NCBI GenBank assembly: GCA_023449855.1
Contig: JAEXHR010000085.1
Span: 1,803-65,802 of the forward strand
Length of the DNA: 64,000 nt
Direction of reading: 5' to 3'
Source of the DNA: Pseudomonadota bacterium
Lineage (GTDB): Bacteria > Pseudomonadota > Alphaproteobacteria > Rhizobiales > Xanthobacteraceae
The position numbers and the translations under genes are program-made. Below are positions 50,801 to 56,626 of this stretch, piece by piece. The notes under the pieces are model-generated. The model was not told the origin of the DNA and made no database searches. It worked only from the letters and a program-made list of their open reading frames with translations. Within the stretch, counting starts at the first letter, position 1. Each line of letters opens with the position of its first letter.

Positions 50801-53050
50801 GACGGCTTCGCCGATGCTCAGCTTGCCGCCGATCGCGACATTGGCATTGCCATGCACGGGATCGCCATAGCCGGCGCTGACATCGATATTGCCATCGAGC
50901 ACTGCGTGCCGTGCAGTCACCAGAACCTGGCCACCGCTCTGTCCCTGCCGATAGCCGCGCTCGAAGTGGCTCTGGCGTGAGAAGATCGAATTATAGACTT
51001 CCGTGACGCCCCAACGTGCGTGATCGACCGTGAAGCCGCCATCGAACAGCACGGCGCCGACCATGTCGGGCGTGGCCTGGCTGATATCATAGAGGTGATT
51101 GTTCCAGAGGATTTTCGACGTTCTGATATGACCGCTGGCATAAGAGAGCGATCCGCCGACCGCGATGATCTGCGATCCACCCCGCGTGATGACGTCGCCG
51201 CGGGACTCGATGCGCACCGAGCCGCCATTGCTCATCAGCTCGCCCGCCTGATAGGGCAGCAGTCCGAGCCATCCGCTGACATTGCCGTAGCGCGTGCCGA
51301 CCCAGGTCGTACCGTCGCTGTTCACGCCGGAAACGCGTCGGTCGACATAGATGGTCTTGCCCCGCAGCGGGCCGTCACGCAATTGCGGAAGATCGGCGAA
51401 TTCGTCGCCCCGCAGTTCCGCCGCGACCGAGTTGCGCTCCATCGCCAGCGGGACATTCTGCACGCCCGACACATCGATCAGACTACCGGTGTCGAAATAG
51501 ATCCGGCTGCCGTCATCCGGCTTCTCGTTATAGGTCGTGCTGCCGCTGCTCGGCAGCAGCGGCGCAATGACGGTCATGTCGGCGGCAAGAATGGAGACCT
51601 TGGCCGCCTCGCCGAGAATGGTGGAATTGGCCCCGATGGTGACGGTCTTGCCGACCAGATCGATCGACGACGTCTTGAACGTGTCGGATCCGAGCACGAA
51701 ATCGGACGATGTGAGGTCGGCGCGCACCTGCGTCAGGCTGCCGGGCCCCAATGTGAGGATGCCGCCGAACATGCCGCGATAAGCGCCATTGATGGTCTGC
51801 ACGCCGCCGGACGTCGAGATCGACTGATACTGGTCGGTCCGGGCCCACAGCCTGATCGAGCCATCGAATGCAGCCGACGTCGTCGCCGTCACAACGCCAT
51901 TCTGCGTCACGTTCTGGCCGACCAGTGTGATATTGCCGAGGTCGGCGCTGATCAGGCCGTCATTGCGCGCGGTCCAGCCGCTGCCTGCCCCCGTATGAAC
52001 GAATGCTCGCTTGACTGTGTCGTAGCTGCCCACCAGACCACTTTCGACATTCGCGACGATGCCGCGATCGAGCGTGGCGTTCTGTTCGAGATAGACCTTG
52101 TCGCCGGATGCAAGAATGCTCTGGCCCTGCGGGGTGAGGATCGTGCCGGCATTGGTGACGTTACCGCCGAGCAGCAACACCTTGCCGCCCGACGCCGCAT
52201 TGATGATCGCGCCCGCTTGAACGGACAGCGCCGCGGTCTGTCCCGGGGTGCCCGTAAAGGCCTCAGCGACGGAATTGGCGACACCGCTGGCCTGATAAAG
52301 AATGCCGTTGTTGAACTGATCGACGGTGATGTTGAGCGTCGACGCCAGCAGGGTCCCGACATTGATCTGGCTGGCGCCGCCGAACACGATGCCGTTCTTG
52401 TTGACGATATAGACCGCGCCATCCGCCCTGATCTGGCCGAGGATCTGGCTCGGCACCCCGGTCGGATCGGTGACGCGATTGAGCGCGATCCAGCTATTGC
52501 CGCCGGGATCGGCGCCACCGCTCTGGTCGAAATTGACGATTGTGTCCTTGCCGACATGGAAGCTCTTCCAGTTCAGGATCGCCTTCGCGCCGGTCTGCTG
52601 GATGGTCACGGTGGTCTGACCGTCCGCTCTGCTCTGGGTCGGCGTGTTGGCATTGACCCAGGTCGATACTCCATTCGCGGTGCCCGGCGCCGCCAAGCCG
52701 GAATCCGGCTCGAGCCCGCCGACAATGAGTCCATTCGGCACGCCGCCAGGCGCCGCCTGCGCGGCGGAGCGCGCTGCGGCTTGAGCCGCCTGCATCGCCC
52801 GCAGCGTCTGCGCGGCACGCACCAGTGACTGACGCGCCTGCTGCGAACTGGCTGCGGCCTGCGCAGCCGAAGCAAGCGCGGCAGTGGACGCTGCCTGCAC
52901 GGCCGAGTTCGCCGTGCCGCCGCCCTGCTGGAAATTGCGCGCCGAGGCCGGCACGGCCACCAGGCTCAGCATGCTCACGCTGGCAAACAGCGCCGTGCGC
53001 GTGGCGCGTTGCGAAGAGAAGGGGCGTGAGGCTGCACGGTGAAAAGACAT
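41831..53050 (-). CDS. Giant filamentous haemagglutinin-family exoprotein (TpsA-like; haemagglutination-activity domain + DUF3739-like C-terminus), ~3,739 aa
   Basis: GGAG RBS + ATG 53050; signal peptide ending VPASA; AILNWKSFHVG, ALNRVTDP..PSQILGQI, VYIVNKNGIVFG; beta-helix-like repeats (GS.IDVSG); C-terminal GDIGMWSTTGNIDAGKG...VDAGDAGIRVSGN. Confidence 0.9.
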   Translation of the reverse strand: MSFHRAASRPFSSQRATRTALFASVSMLSLVAVPASARNFQQGGGTANSAVQAASTAALASAAQAAASSQQARQSLVRAAQTLRAMQAAQAAARSAAQAAPGGVPNGLIVGGLEPDSGLAAPGTANGVSTWVNANTPTQSRADGQTTVTIQQTGAKAILNWKSFHVGKDTIVNFDQSGGADPGGNSWIALNRVTDPTGVPSQILGQIRADGAVYIVNKNGIVFGGASQINVGTLLASTLNITVDQFNNGILYQASGVANSVAEAFTGTPGQTAALSVQAGAIINAASGGKVLLLGGNVTNAGTILTPQGQSILASGDKVYLEQNATLDRGIVANVESGLVGSYDTVKRAFVHTGAGSGWTARNDGLISADLGNITLVGQNVTQNGVVTATTSAAFDGSIRLWARTDQYQSISTSGGVQTINGAYRGMFGGILTLGPGSLTQVRADLTSSDFVLGSDTFKTSSIDLVGKTVTIGANSTILGEAAKVSILAADMTVIAPLLPSSGSTTYNEKPDDGSRIYFDTGSLIDVSGVQNVPLAMERNSVAAELRGDEFADLPQLRDGPLRGKTIYVDRRVSGVNSDGTTWVGTRYGNVSGWLGLLPYQAGELMSNGGSVRIESRGDVITRGGSQIIAVGGSLSYASGHIRTSKILWNNHLYDISQATPDMVGAVLFDGGFTVDHARWGVTEVYNSIFSRQSHFERGYRQGQSGGQVLVTARHAVLDGNIDVSAGYGDPVHGNANVAIGGKLSIGEAVSGIYERVLPEVVVGTPSSVLKADFGKDSLLSSDRASTIYLRPDLINDSGAKDVAINTNQTFTLNADARIVLVPGGSFNVLAATAVINGTIRAPNGDVTIQARVAGAQQANTLAPKIAKTITVGADAVIDVSGLWINLSEGDNARTLNFSKSWVNGGNVTLSAERTLDSSNAATGDGALNVAAGSLIDVSSGGLVLANGKLAGTSDGTPLGNAGTISLIGNAIEKIQTGPGLVIPLPKVVASVFAGELRGYGLGTGGSLAIAAATVQIGGDPSLTASELYLDPSFFQSGGFSNYRIIGWNGVTVAPGAIVEPKVKSFLPVNVALNRLATGSRLSDALSIGFKADELRAPTSLALYAPNYGATSLTTANSVPSGADIYHVGDRGVAGDIILGAGSVIRTDPGATVDIRAARELAVFGTIEARGGTIRLANDQESGIALDTVGPDNANSAIYHRPNVTLWIDASARLIAGGVVRSYQNSPISQPINRVFDGGSVSLTGGNIVVQPGSVIDVSGATGTFVPSIKGSFLWASHPQQLATAAGQITLTPGNYLYFDPTLLVQPGDPSLRGATFAINPSTSVATSLPLAFNLPIPGYVASGSTTPETAGSKIMLRDGTGRVSDVARVGDNLPVNARPQFWVFEDGLQKAGFDNLIFATQDGVVVFRSDAPVDLSARSSIQFLSRYIGGDGSVTVNVRAPYVAFGGSIKDASGTTTNGDPAESGTGSFTVNADLIDFSRTTTFGVNRAYRGTLGVTSPLLKTAAQAGFATINFNSTGDIRFNDTPPVGTTTAASLNTYGDVTFAAAELYPLTRTGAGFVINGYAVDASGTPTIKNMNSTVTVRSNGNSAQVPLSANGSLTIAAPHIVQGGVLRAPSGQITLTNATVALTANLAAPANSNMILAPGSLTSVDLDGALIPYGVTRNGTDFLFKGNAAAVPQKQITLTGTTIDVKAGAQVTASGGGDLSTYEFVAGTGGSVDVLSGRNVFAVIPSYRGALPKEPEGLATTSLTVGNSVYLSGIPGLPAGNYVLLPGHLALMPGAFRVTVSSANSDLGASTNRQTAMGGYLTAGYLTDQFSGARVSGRWSTFLVESGDVVRSRSQYNESTLSDFTANVAQLNNVVPVRLPNEPGRIQINATSVLTFEGSARTSPVAGGRGGQIDISSGGPILITGTDATPVAGTLVLRADQLSRLETESLLIGGTRSQTSADGNATVLNGASVTVAASSVTLDTQGTEFTGTEIILVALNSITAKTGSILRATGPYRSTPSPDLLLDQGTSATPTAAQKANDGAAILAVTNGARPNFQRGNGKTGVLPAIGNVTINAGVVLDGGNSLLIDGAVVNLAFGATSKLTAKAVTLGSNHISIGDLQHAQTAPLAGLQLDLGALAALSQINTMTLRSRETIDLYGAFSFGGMAGEGSSITLDSAGLVATSNSSSVVTITAGTVNLTNSNGVSAAAVPAAGTGGLVVRATDVTLAGNVFIDGVSDTRILATGAITSTSSGLFDIRKGSLTLEAGQLTSAASVSRVIQAPNGSMIVQASAGGNQTPATNAGGARLKLIARDIAQNGNVVLPGGVVVLQATAGNVSFGSGSTTDVSGFSKDFFDVTREAPAGRVDVIATGNVAVATGALLNVSSSGDAGTVTVTAGGQFDLRGTLNGQGGAGFRNGAFSLDAGTITDFDAMNAILNVAHFDRERNFRIRNGDVVIGASASIAARRFTLSTDNGAITVAGRIDASGDGPGDIRLSASGNVIVAGSAALDASGVEPDAAGHGGAVAIESANGFVDVQAGSRITVGAGGDNGVLSLRVKRNSNNNEIDANTHLRGTLSGVGAVNVEAYKVYTNTTTLASSGSGAGILTFATIDADNAQFINAAGAAIRARLAGEMQSANAGFNAGLLHLQAGAEVTSSTSLTVTNAGNVNLGDFRYGGEGGVLTLRAAGNLNINGNISDGFSTALAATGQLYSVNDAKARSWSYRLVAGADLTAGDTRQAHQAGDFVLAAGTLVRTGTGSIEVYSGRDVNFVGRASVLYTAGVARDLTGLTAATSVSPVTYGINGGDVTLVAAGNISNGSTGQSTTTKTLSPTAMSEELITAWLYRQGSLGSNGLPVAGRPTSWWIDYSQFEQGGVGALGGGNIRIKAGDPRSESSGNITNFAAVLPTSGLVNNGEMKFIGGGGDLAIEASGNINSGLFYVGKGIGDIRTSRSFGTGRTVKDTYASAATTVASLPIYPILALGDAQLNLIAGGDVVIQSIFNPTVAMQVARNADGGAANPWSSFFTYTANSAVTMTSTGGRTYVVGDNNLLYQSVGFTLNPTVANPNSPQATGALANYQYAGAPFSTSTPPTAASATLSVSSSSNPLLPYLIAPPTLKLTAFNGDVGFDGAVTLFPSARGTLEFLSAGSIRLMTPTVNATTGAAVVASLTGLAISDADPLRLPNILAPDFSMATARARLSDDPSTDYTKESDVARERLHATYLLHDGDPEPARFYALNGDISFRTGTTTTSATAIPIVSAKSVRMLASRDVLELRLLAQNVNDTDLTLIRAGRDLKFITLTSGNTGNSIDMITIAGPGTAELDAGRNIDLGNSNSGIQSIGNLRNPALSKDGATIALGAGMTDVQYLDFANTYLDPARNGGVYDDRLVAYIQRRHRGSPAPTATEAWTEFLKLGADDQSQLVREVFYVELNASADHAAHTDPRNLANYAQGFAAIERLFPTSATGAERRGDIRMAATRIATLDGGDIQLLTPAGDVILGLNQAAGQIQQGGGLQTQKAGGIFSMSYGDVMVGQAAVHTLGGGDIGMWSTTGNIDAGKGAKTRKNTVKPAFRTDMNGRTVFSPGSISTGAGIATLKALAGATPGNVWLATPQGFVDAGDAGIRVSGNLLIAATAVLNATNIQVQGTAVGVPTVAAPNIQALTSASNVAAASTKSIDQPGRETRETPSVIIVEVMGYGGAHDSDDSGQSSRGRQNPGIEQRSQDPRSAVQVVGAGQLTPQEQQLLTDEERGKLR

Positions 53051-53097
53051 GGTGGCTCCGGCGCAGGACAAGGATGTCCGTTTTACTTTGCCCACCT

Positions 53098-53124
53098 AGA
53101 CTGACCTCGCCTCCTCCGACCGAA
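53098..53124 (-). promoter_or_regulatory. Candidate ECF-sigma promoter upstream of the haemagglutinin gene
   Basis: Minus strand TTCGGTC-N15-AGTCT; identical boxes and spacing at 54243-54269. Confidence 0.65.
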
Positions 53125-53225
53125 CCACCGCCCGCGAATTTTTCTGGAAAAGTTTTCGCCGCCGACGGCCATCAGCATAGTGCATCGACGATCCCGCCTG
53201 CATGACACCGCGGGCCGCATCTTCC

Positions 53226-53243
53226 GTGACAACGGGATGACAA
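53226..53243 (-). promoter_or_regulatory. Pho-box-like direct repeat upstream of the haemagglutinin promoter
   Basis: Minus strand TTGTCAT-CCCG-TTGTCAC, 7-4-7 match to the PhoB consensus CTGTCAT-N4-CTGTCAY. Confidence 0.6.
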
Positions 53244-53275
53244 CAACGTACGGCGGACGCGCTCAAAAGGCAGCG

Positions 53276-54235
53276 TCAGCCCAGCAGCACAAGGCCGCCC
53301 GGCAACTGCGTGATGCGCGCACCATATACTTCGCGAACCAGCGTGATGACTTCATCGACCCGGTCGAGACGAAAGCTCGCCTCGATCCGACGCGTGGCGA
53401 GCTTGCGGTCCACCAGAACCAGTTTGCCGGGACGGTAGCGGTTGATCTCGGCGACGACGCGCTCCAGCGGTTCGTTGCGGAAGATCAGCATGCCCCTGGA
53501 CCAGGCCGTCACCATTGCGGGATCAATCGATGCAGGCTCGGTGAGAATTTCGCCGCCATAGGTGACCTGTTGGCCCCTGTGGAGCAGGATATGACGCCCC
53601 CCGCAATCGACCGAAATCTCGCCGTCCAGGCAGGTGACGCTGGCATGCGCGCCATCGAGGCGGATATTCGCGCTGGCTGCATTCGCCGTAATCCGGCCGT
53701 CGGCCGCGACGACTTCGACCTGACGCGATCGTGCGGTGACCACCACTTCGCCGGCGATCAGCTCGACTGCGCGCTGTTGCTCGCCCGGGCGGATGGCGAG
53801 GCTGGTGCGTGTGTTCATGTCGAGCACGCCGCCTGCCATGTCGATCTGCCTGCGCTCGCCGACACCCGTTCGGTAATCAGCGGCGAGTTCGGACCACGAC
53901 GGCCAGAGATCGAGCGGCGGTCGCAACACCAGCAGGCCGCCGACCGACGCTGCAGTCGCGCCGGTGAGCATGGCGCGGCGCCCGATCATCGAGCGCGGGG
54001 TTGGCCGTGGCGCCAGGCCGGCACTGCCCGGTTTGCTCCGGCCGGCCGGGCCGATCTTGTCCCACAGCGCATTGACCTCGGCAAAAGCCGCCGCATGCGC
54101 CGGGCTGCGATCGCGCCATTCGTTCAGCGCCTTCGCGTCGGCCACGGTGGCGGCACCCGACGTCAGCCGGATCAGCCAGTCATAGGCTTCGCGCTTGAGG
54201 AGCTCGCAGGTGGATTGCTGGTCGGGCGTCGGCAT
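53276..54235 (-). CDS. FecR-family anti-sigma factor
   Basis: REAYDWLIRL, WRDRSPAHAAAF (DUF4880-like), RR-TM segment, ADYRTGVGERR, LDMNTRT, AWSRGMLIF..EPL..VVAEINRY. Confidence 0.92.
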   Translation of the reverse strand: MPTPDQQSTCELLKREAYDWLIRLTSGAATVADAKALNEWRDRSPAHAAAFAEVNALWDKIGPAGRSKPGSAGLAPRPTPRSMIGRRAMLTGATAASVGGLLVLRPPLDLWPSWSELAADYRTGVGERRQIDMAGGVLDMNTRTSLAIRPGEQQRAVELIAGEVVVTARSRQVEVVAADGRITANAASANIRLDGAHASVTCLDGEISVDCGGRHILLHRGQQVTYGGEILTEPASIDPAMVTAWSRGMLIFRNEPLERVVAEINRYRPGKLVLVDRKLATRRIEASFRLDRVDEVITLVREVYGARITQLPGGLVLLG

Positions 54236-54239
54236 AGTG

Positions 54240-54785
54240 TCAAGACTTCTCTGGCGCGCGCGGACCGAAACGCTGCACGACATTTCTATCGAGCCGTTCG
54301 CCACAATGCACAAGCGCGCGCTTCAGCTCCTTCTCGACCATGCGCGTGGAGATACCAAATCGCTCGGCGATCTCCAGATGCGGCGTTTCGTCGATCCGGG
54401 ACGCGAGCAGGATGGCGCGCTGGCGCTCCGGCAACTCGTCCAACGCGCGGCACAACGCTTCGATCTCGAACCGGCCTTCGACGATCTCTGCGGGAGAGGC
54501 CGCATGATCGGCGCCGTTGCGCAACAGCTCGATTTCGGATGGCGTCAGCCGCCGACTGTCGGCCTTGCGTCGGTCCGCGGCGACGTTGAGCGCCACACGC
54601 AGCAGATAGGCCTTTGGACTCTGCAGCGGCGCAGCGACATCGAGACGGCCGAGGCGCAGATACGTCTCATGCAGGATCTCGCTCGCAAAGGCCTCGGAGC
54701 CAAGTCGGTGTTTCAGACGCGCCTTGAGATCGTCGTAGCGATTGATCAGCAGCCGCTGCAGGAAGGTCGACATCGTCCCGGTCAT
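54240..54785 (-). CDS. ECF sigma-70 factor, FecI-like
   Basis: L..RLGSEAFASEILHETYLRL, PKAYLLRVALN, ALDELPERQRAILLASR, EIAERFGISTRMVEKEL.RAL. Confidence 0.92.
   Translation of the reverse strand: MTGTMSTFLQRLLINRYDDLKARLKHRLGSEAFASEILHETYLRLGRLDVAAPLQSPKAYLLRVALNVAADRRKADSRRLTPSEIELLRNGADHAASPAEIVEGRFEIEALCRALDELPERQRAILLASRIDETPHLEIAERFGISTRMVEKELKRALVHCGERLDRNVVQRFGPRAPEKS
54243..54269 (-). promoter_or_regulatory. Candidate ECF-sigma promoter inside the sigma gene 3' end, driving fecR
   Basis: Minus strand TTCGGTC-N15-AGTCT, ending 7 nt before the fecR ATG. Confidence 0.6.
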
Positions 54786-54789
54786 CACA

Positions 54790-55620
54790 TCACCGCCGCA
54801 ACGTGCGATCGGCCGGCGAGCAATCGTCAAATCGGTCCGAATCGTGTGGCGAGAGAGCCACGGTGATTGGCTGCGGCAGACTGAATGTCGGTAACGCGTC
54901 GATCGTTAGGTGGCCGAGCACCTCGCTAATCGCTACGTCCCGTGCGGGCTTGCCGCTCGATCCAAGCAGCTCCAATCGCTGGACAAATCCGGATTGGTCA
55001 ATCCATAGCTGTACCGCCGATCTATATCGCCCGGGCCGCGTCTCTGCTCGCTCGCACAGCGCGCGGACCACCGCGGTCTGCACAGCTGCAAAATAAGCCG
55101 CACGAGCAATATCCGACCCGGTTCGCGATTCTGGTGACGCTGGGATCAGCGTGAAAGCGGTCCGGCTTACAAAACGCGGGCTCAGCCCGGATTTCGCCAA
55201 TAAGGCCTCCAAAGCATCCGATGAACTGAACGTACCTTTGATTGGAGCCGATAAGCGCCCGGCCATCGTGCGACCATCCACAAGAACGCCTATGCCGGTC
55301 ACAGCACTATAGTCACCCAGTGCCGCGGGCAAAGATTTCGACGGAATATCAAAACCATAGCGATCGGACACTTCGGCGGAACGCGCTGGATCGGCATTCA
55401 GTGCCGCTGTGACCGCCACCAATGTCACAAACAGCCCGGTTCGCGAAATCGCCGCGCCATCAGCAAGGCTCGCCCAGCCCCGGCTAAAGCTGAGCAATAT
55501 CAACGGGTGTTCGCGGCCCAGACGTGTCGGCCGATGAGCACGTTGATTATTCTCTAACCAGTGCAACTCTTGCTCGCTTCGTGAGACCAACGGGGCTGAT
55601 CTCGCCAAACCGTCTTGCAT
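54790..55620 (-). CDS. STN-domain + TonB/TolA C-terminal-like protein (VreA-like)
   Basis: FDIPSKSL..AL..YS..TG.GVL.D......RLSAPIKGTFS..DAL..LLAKSGL (STN); YFAAVQ..V..ALC...TRPG.YR..VQLWID.SG.V.R.ELLGSSG...RD (TonB_C-like); no barrel. Start uncertain. Confidence 0.8.
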   Translation of the reverse strand: MQDGLARSAPLVSRSEQELHWLENNQRAHRPTRLGREHPLILLSFSRGWASLADGAAISRTGLFVTLVAVTAALNADPARSAEVSDRYGFDIPSKSLPAALGDYSAVTGIGVLVDGRTMAGRLSAPIKGTFSSSDALEALLAKSGLSPRFVSRTAFTLIPASPESRTGSDIARAAYFAAVQTAVVRALCERAETRPGRYRSAVQLWIDQSGFVQRLELLGSSGKPARDVAISEVLGHLTIDALPTFSLPQPITVALSPHDSDRFDDCSPADRTLRR

Positions 55621-55640
55621 CCGTAGATAGAACAAGAGTT

Positions 55641-55658
55641 GTGATAGTCATATGACTA
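55641..55658 (-). promoter_or_regulatory. Pho-box-like site followed by a -10 element, upstream of the STN/sigma/FecR operon
   Basis: Minus strand TAGTCAT-ATGA-CTATCAC, 10-nt spacer, then CTATCT (55625-55630); also contains the perfect palindrome TAGTCATATGACTA. Confidence 0.5.
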
Positions 55659-55804
55659 CTGAAGGATTTGCTCTGCTCGCGTTGTAGCGCGCCACGCTGA
55701 TAGATGACCGCTTTGCGCCAATAAGAGACACTCGCTTGAAGTTGCCGCGCAATTAGATGTCTACTTACAGGACACCTGGAGGACGGCATGTCGGTGCAGC
55801 CATA

Positions 55805-56448
55805 AACTTTCAGGGAAGCAAGTTTTCTCCCCTCGACTACATGTCGCGCAATCCGGTCACCGGGCTGCTGATCGCCAAGGACGATCAGATTATCTTCGAG
55901 CGTTATCAGTACGCACGAACTGATCAAGATCGGTTCGCATCCCAGTCGATGGTCAAATCAATAACCGGACTGTTGACCGGCATCGCCATCTCCGAGGGTG
56001 CGATTAAGTCGGTCGATGATATCCCCGAAAATTATGTGCCGGGCTTTATGCGCAGCGAGTACGGCAGGACCTCAATCCGCGATCTGCTGCGCATGTCCTC
56101 AGGCGTCGATTTCGGTGAAACGAGAGACGAAGGACGCGACCTCAATCGCCTGTGGAACGGCATGGAAATCGCGTTCCCGGACTGGAAGTTGGGCACGGTT
56201 AAGAGCATCGTGCAATTCAATCAGCGTATCGCCCCAGCGGGAACGAGATTTTACTACGCCAGCATAGAAGCCGACGTGCTCGGCATGGTGCTTCAAAGTG
56301 CTGTCAACAAGCCTGCGTCTGAGTATCTGCGCGAGAAAGTATGGGAGCCGATCGGCGCGGAAGCGTTCTGCGCGATTACGCCCGGTTTGGGCGTTTGCTG
56401 GCGCATGATGGCGCGTGGGAGGGCAAGCAGATAGTTCCGGCGCAATGG
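55805..56448 (+). pseudogene. Serine hydrolase (class C beta-lactamase/NylB-like) fragment
   Basis: SMVK (SxxK), SIRDLLRMSSG, FYYAS, YLREKVWEPIGAE; the family continuation LRDYARFGRLLAHDGAWEGKQIVPAQW lies in another frame; N- and C-termini missing. Confidence 0.75.
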
Positions 56449-56626
56449 ACGTCGCCTCCGGTGTGCCTGCGGAACGTCCGCTATCCGACGCCTTTTCGCA
56501 AGAAACGAGGCACCGAATTCAATCTTTTTCACGAATTCGGTGCCCTTTGATGCAAGTGACTTAGCTGTTTTGCGATTCCACATTTAAGCTAAGGGCCTGA
56601 CCTGAGGCCAGGCCCCCTATTCTCGA

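Larger units (their letters stand above)
41524..56599. mobile_element. ~15-kb transposase-less cassette with IS4-like terminal inverted repeats and a 9-bp target duplication
   Basis: Left 41524-41549 CCAGCCCTTAGCTTAAGCGTGGAATC vs reverse complement of 56574-56599 CAGGCCCTTAGCTTAAATGTGGAATC (22/26). ACCTGAGGC at 41515-41523 and 56600-56608, inside a 19-bp exact repeat (41506-41524 / 56591-56609). Confidence 0.8.
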
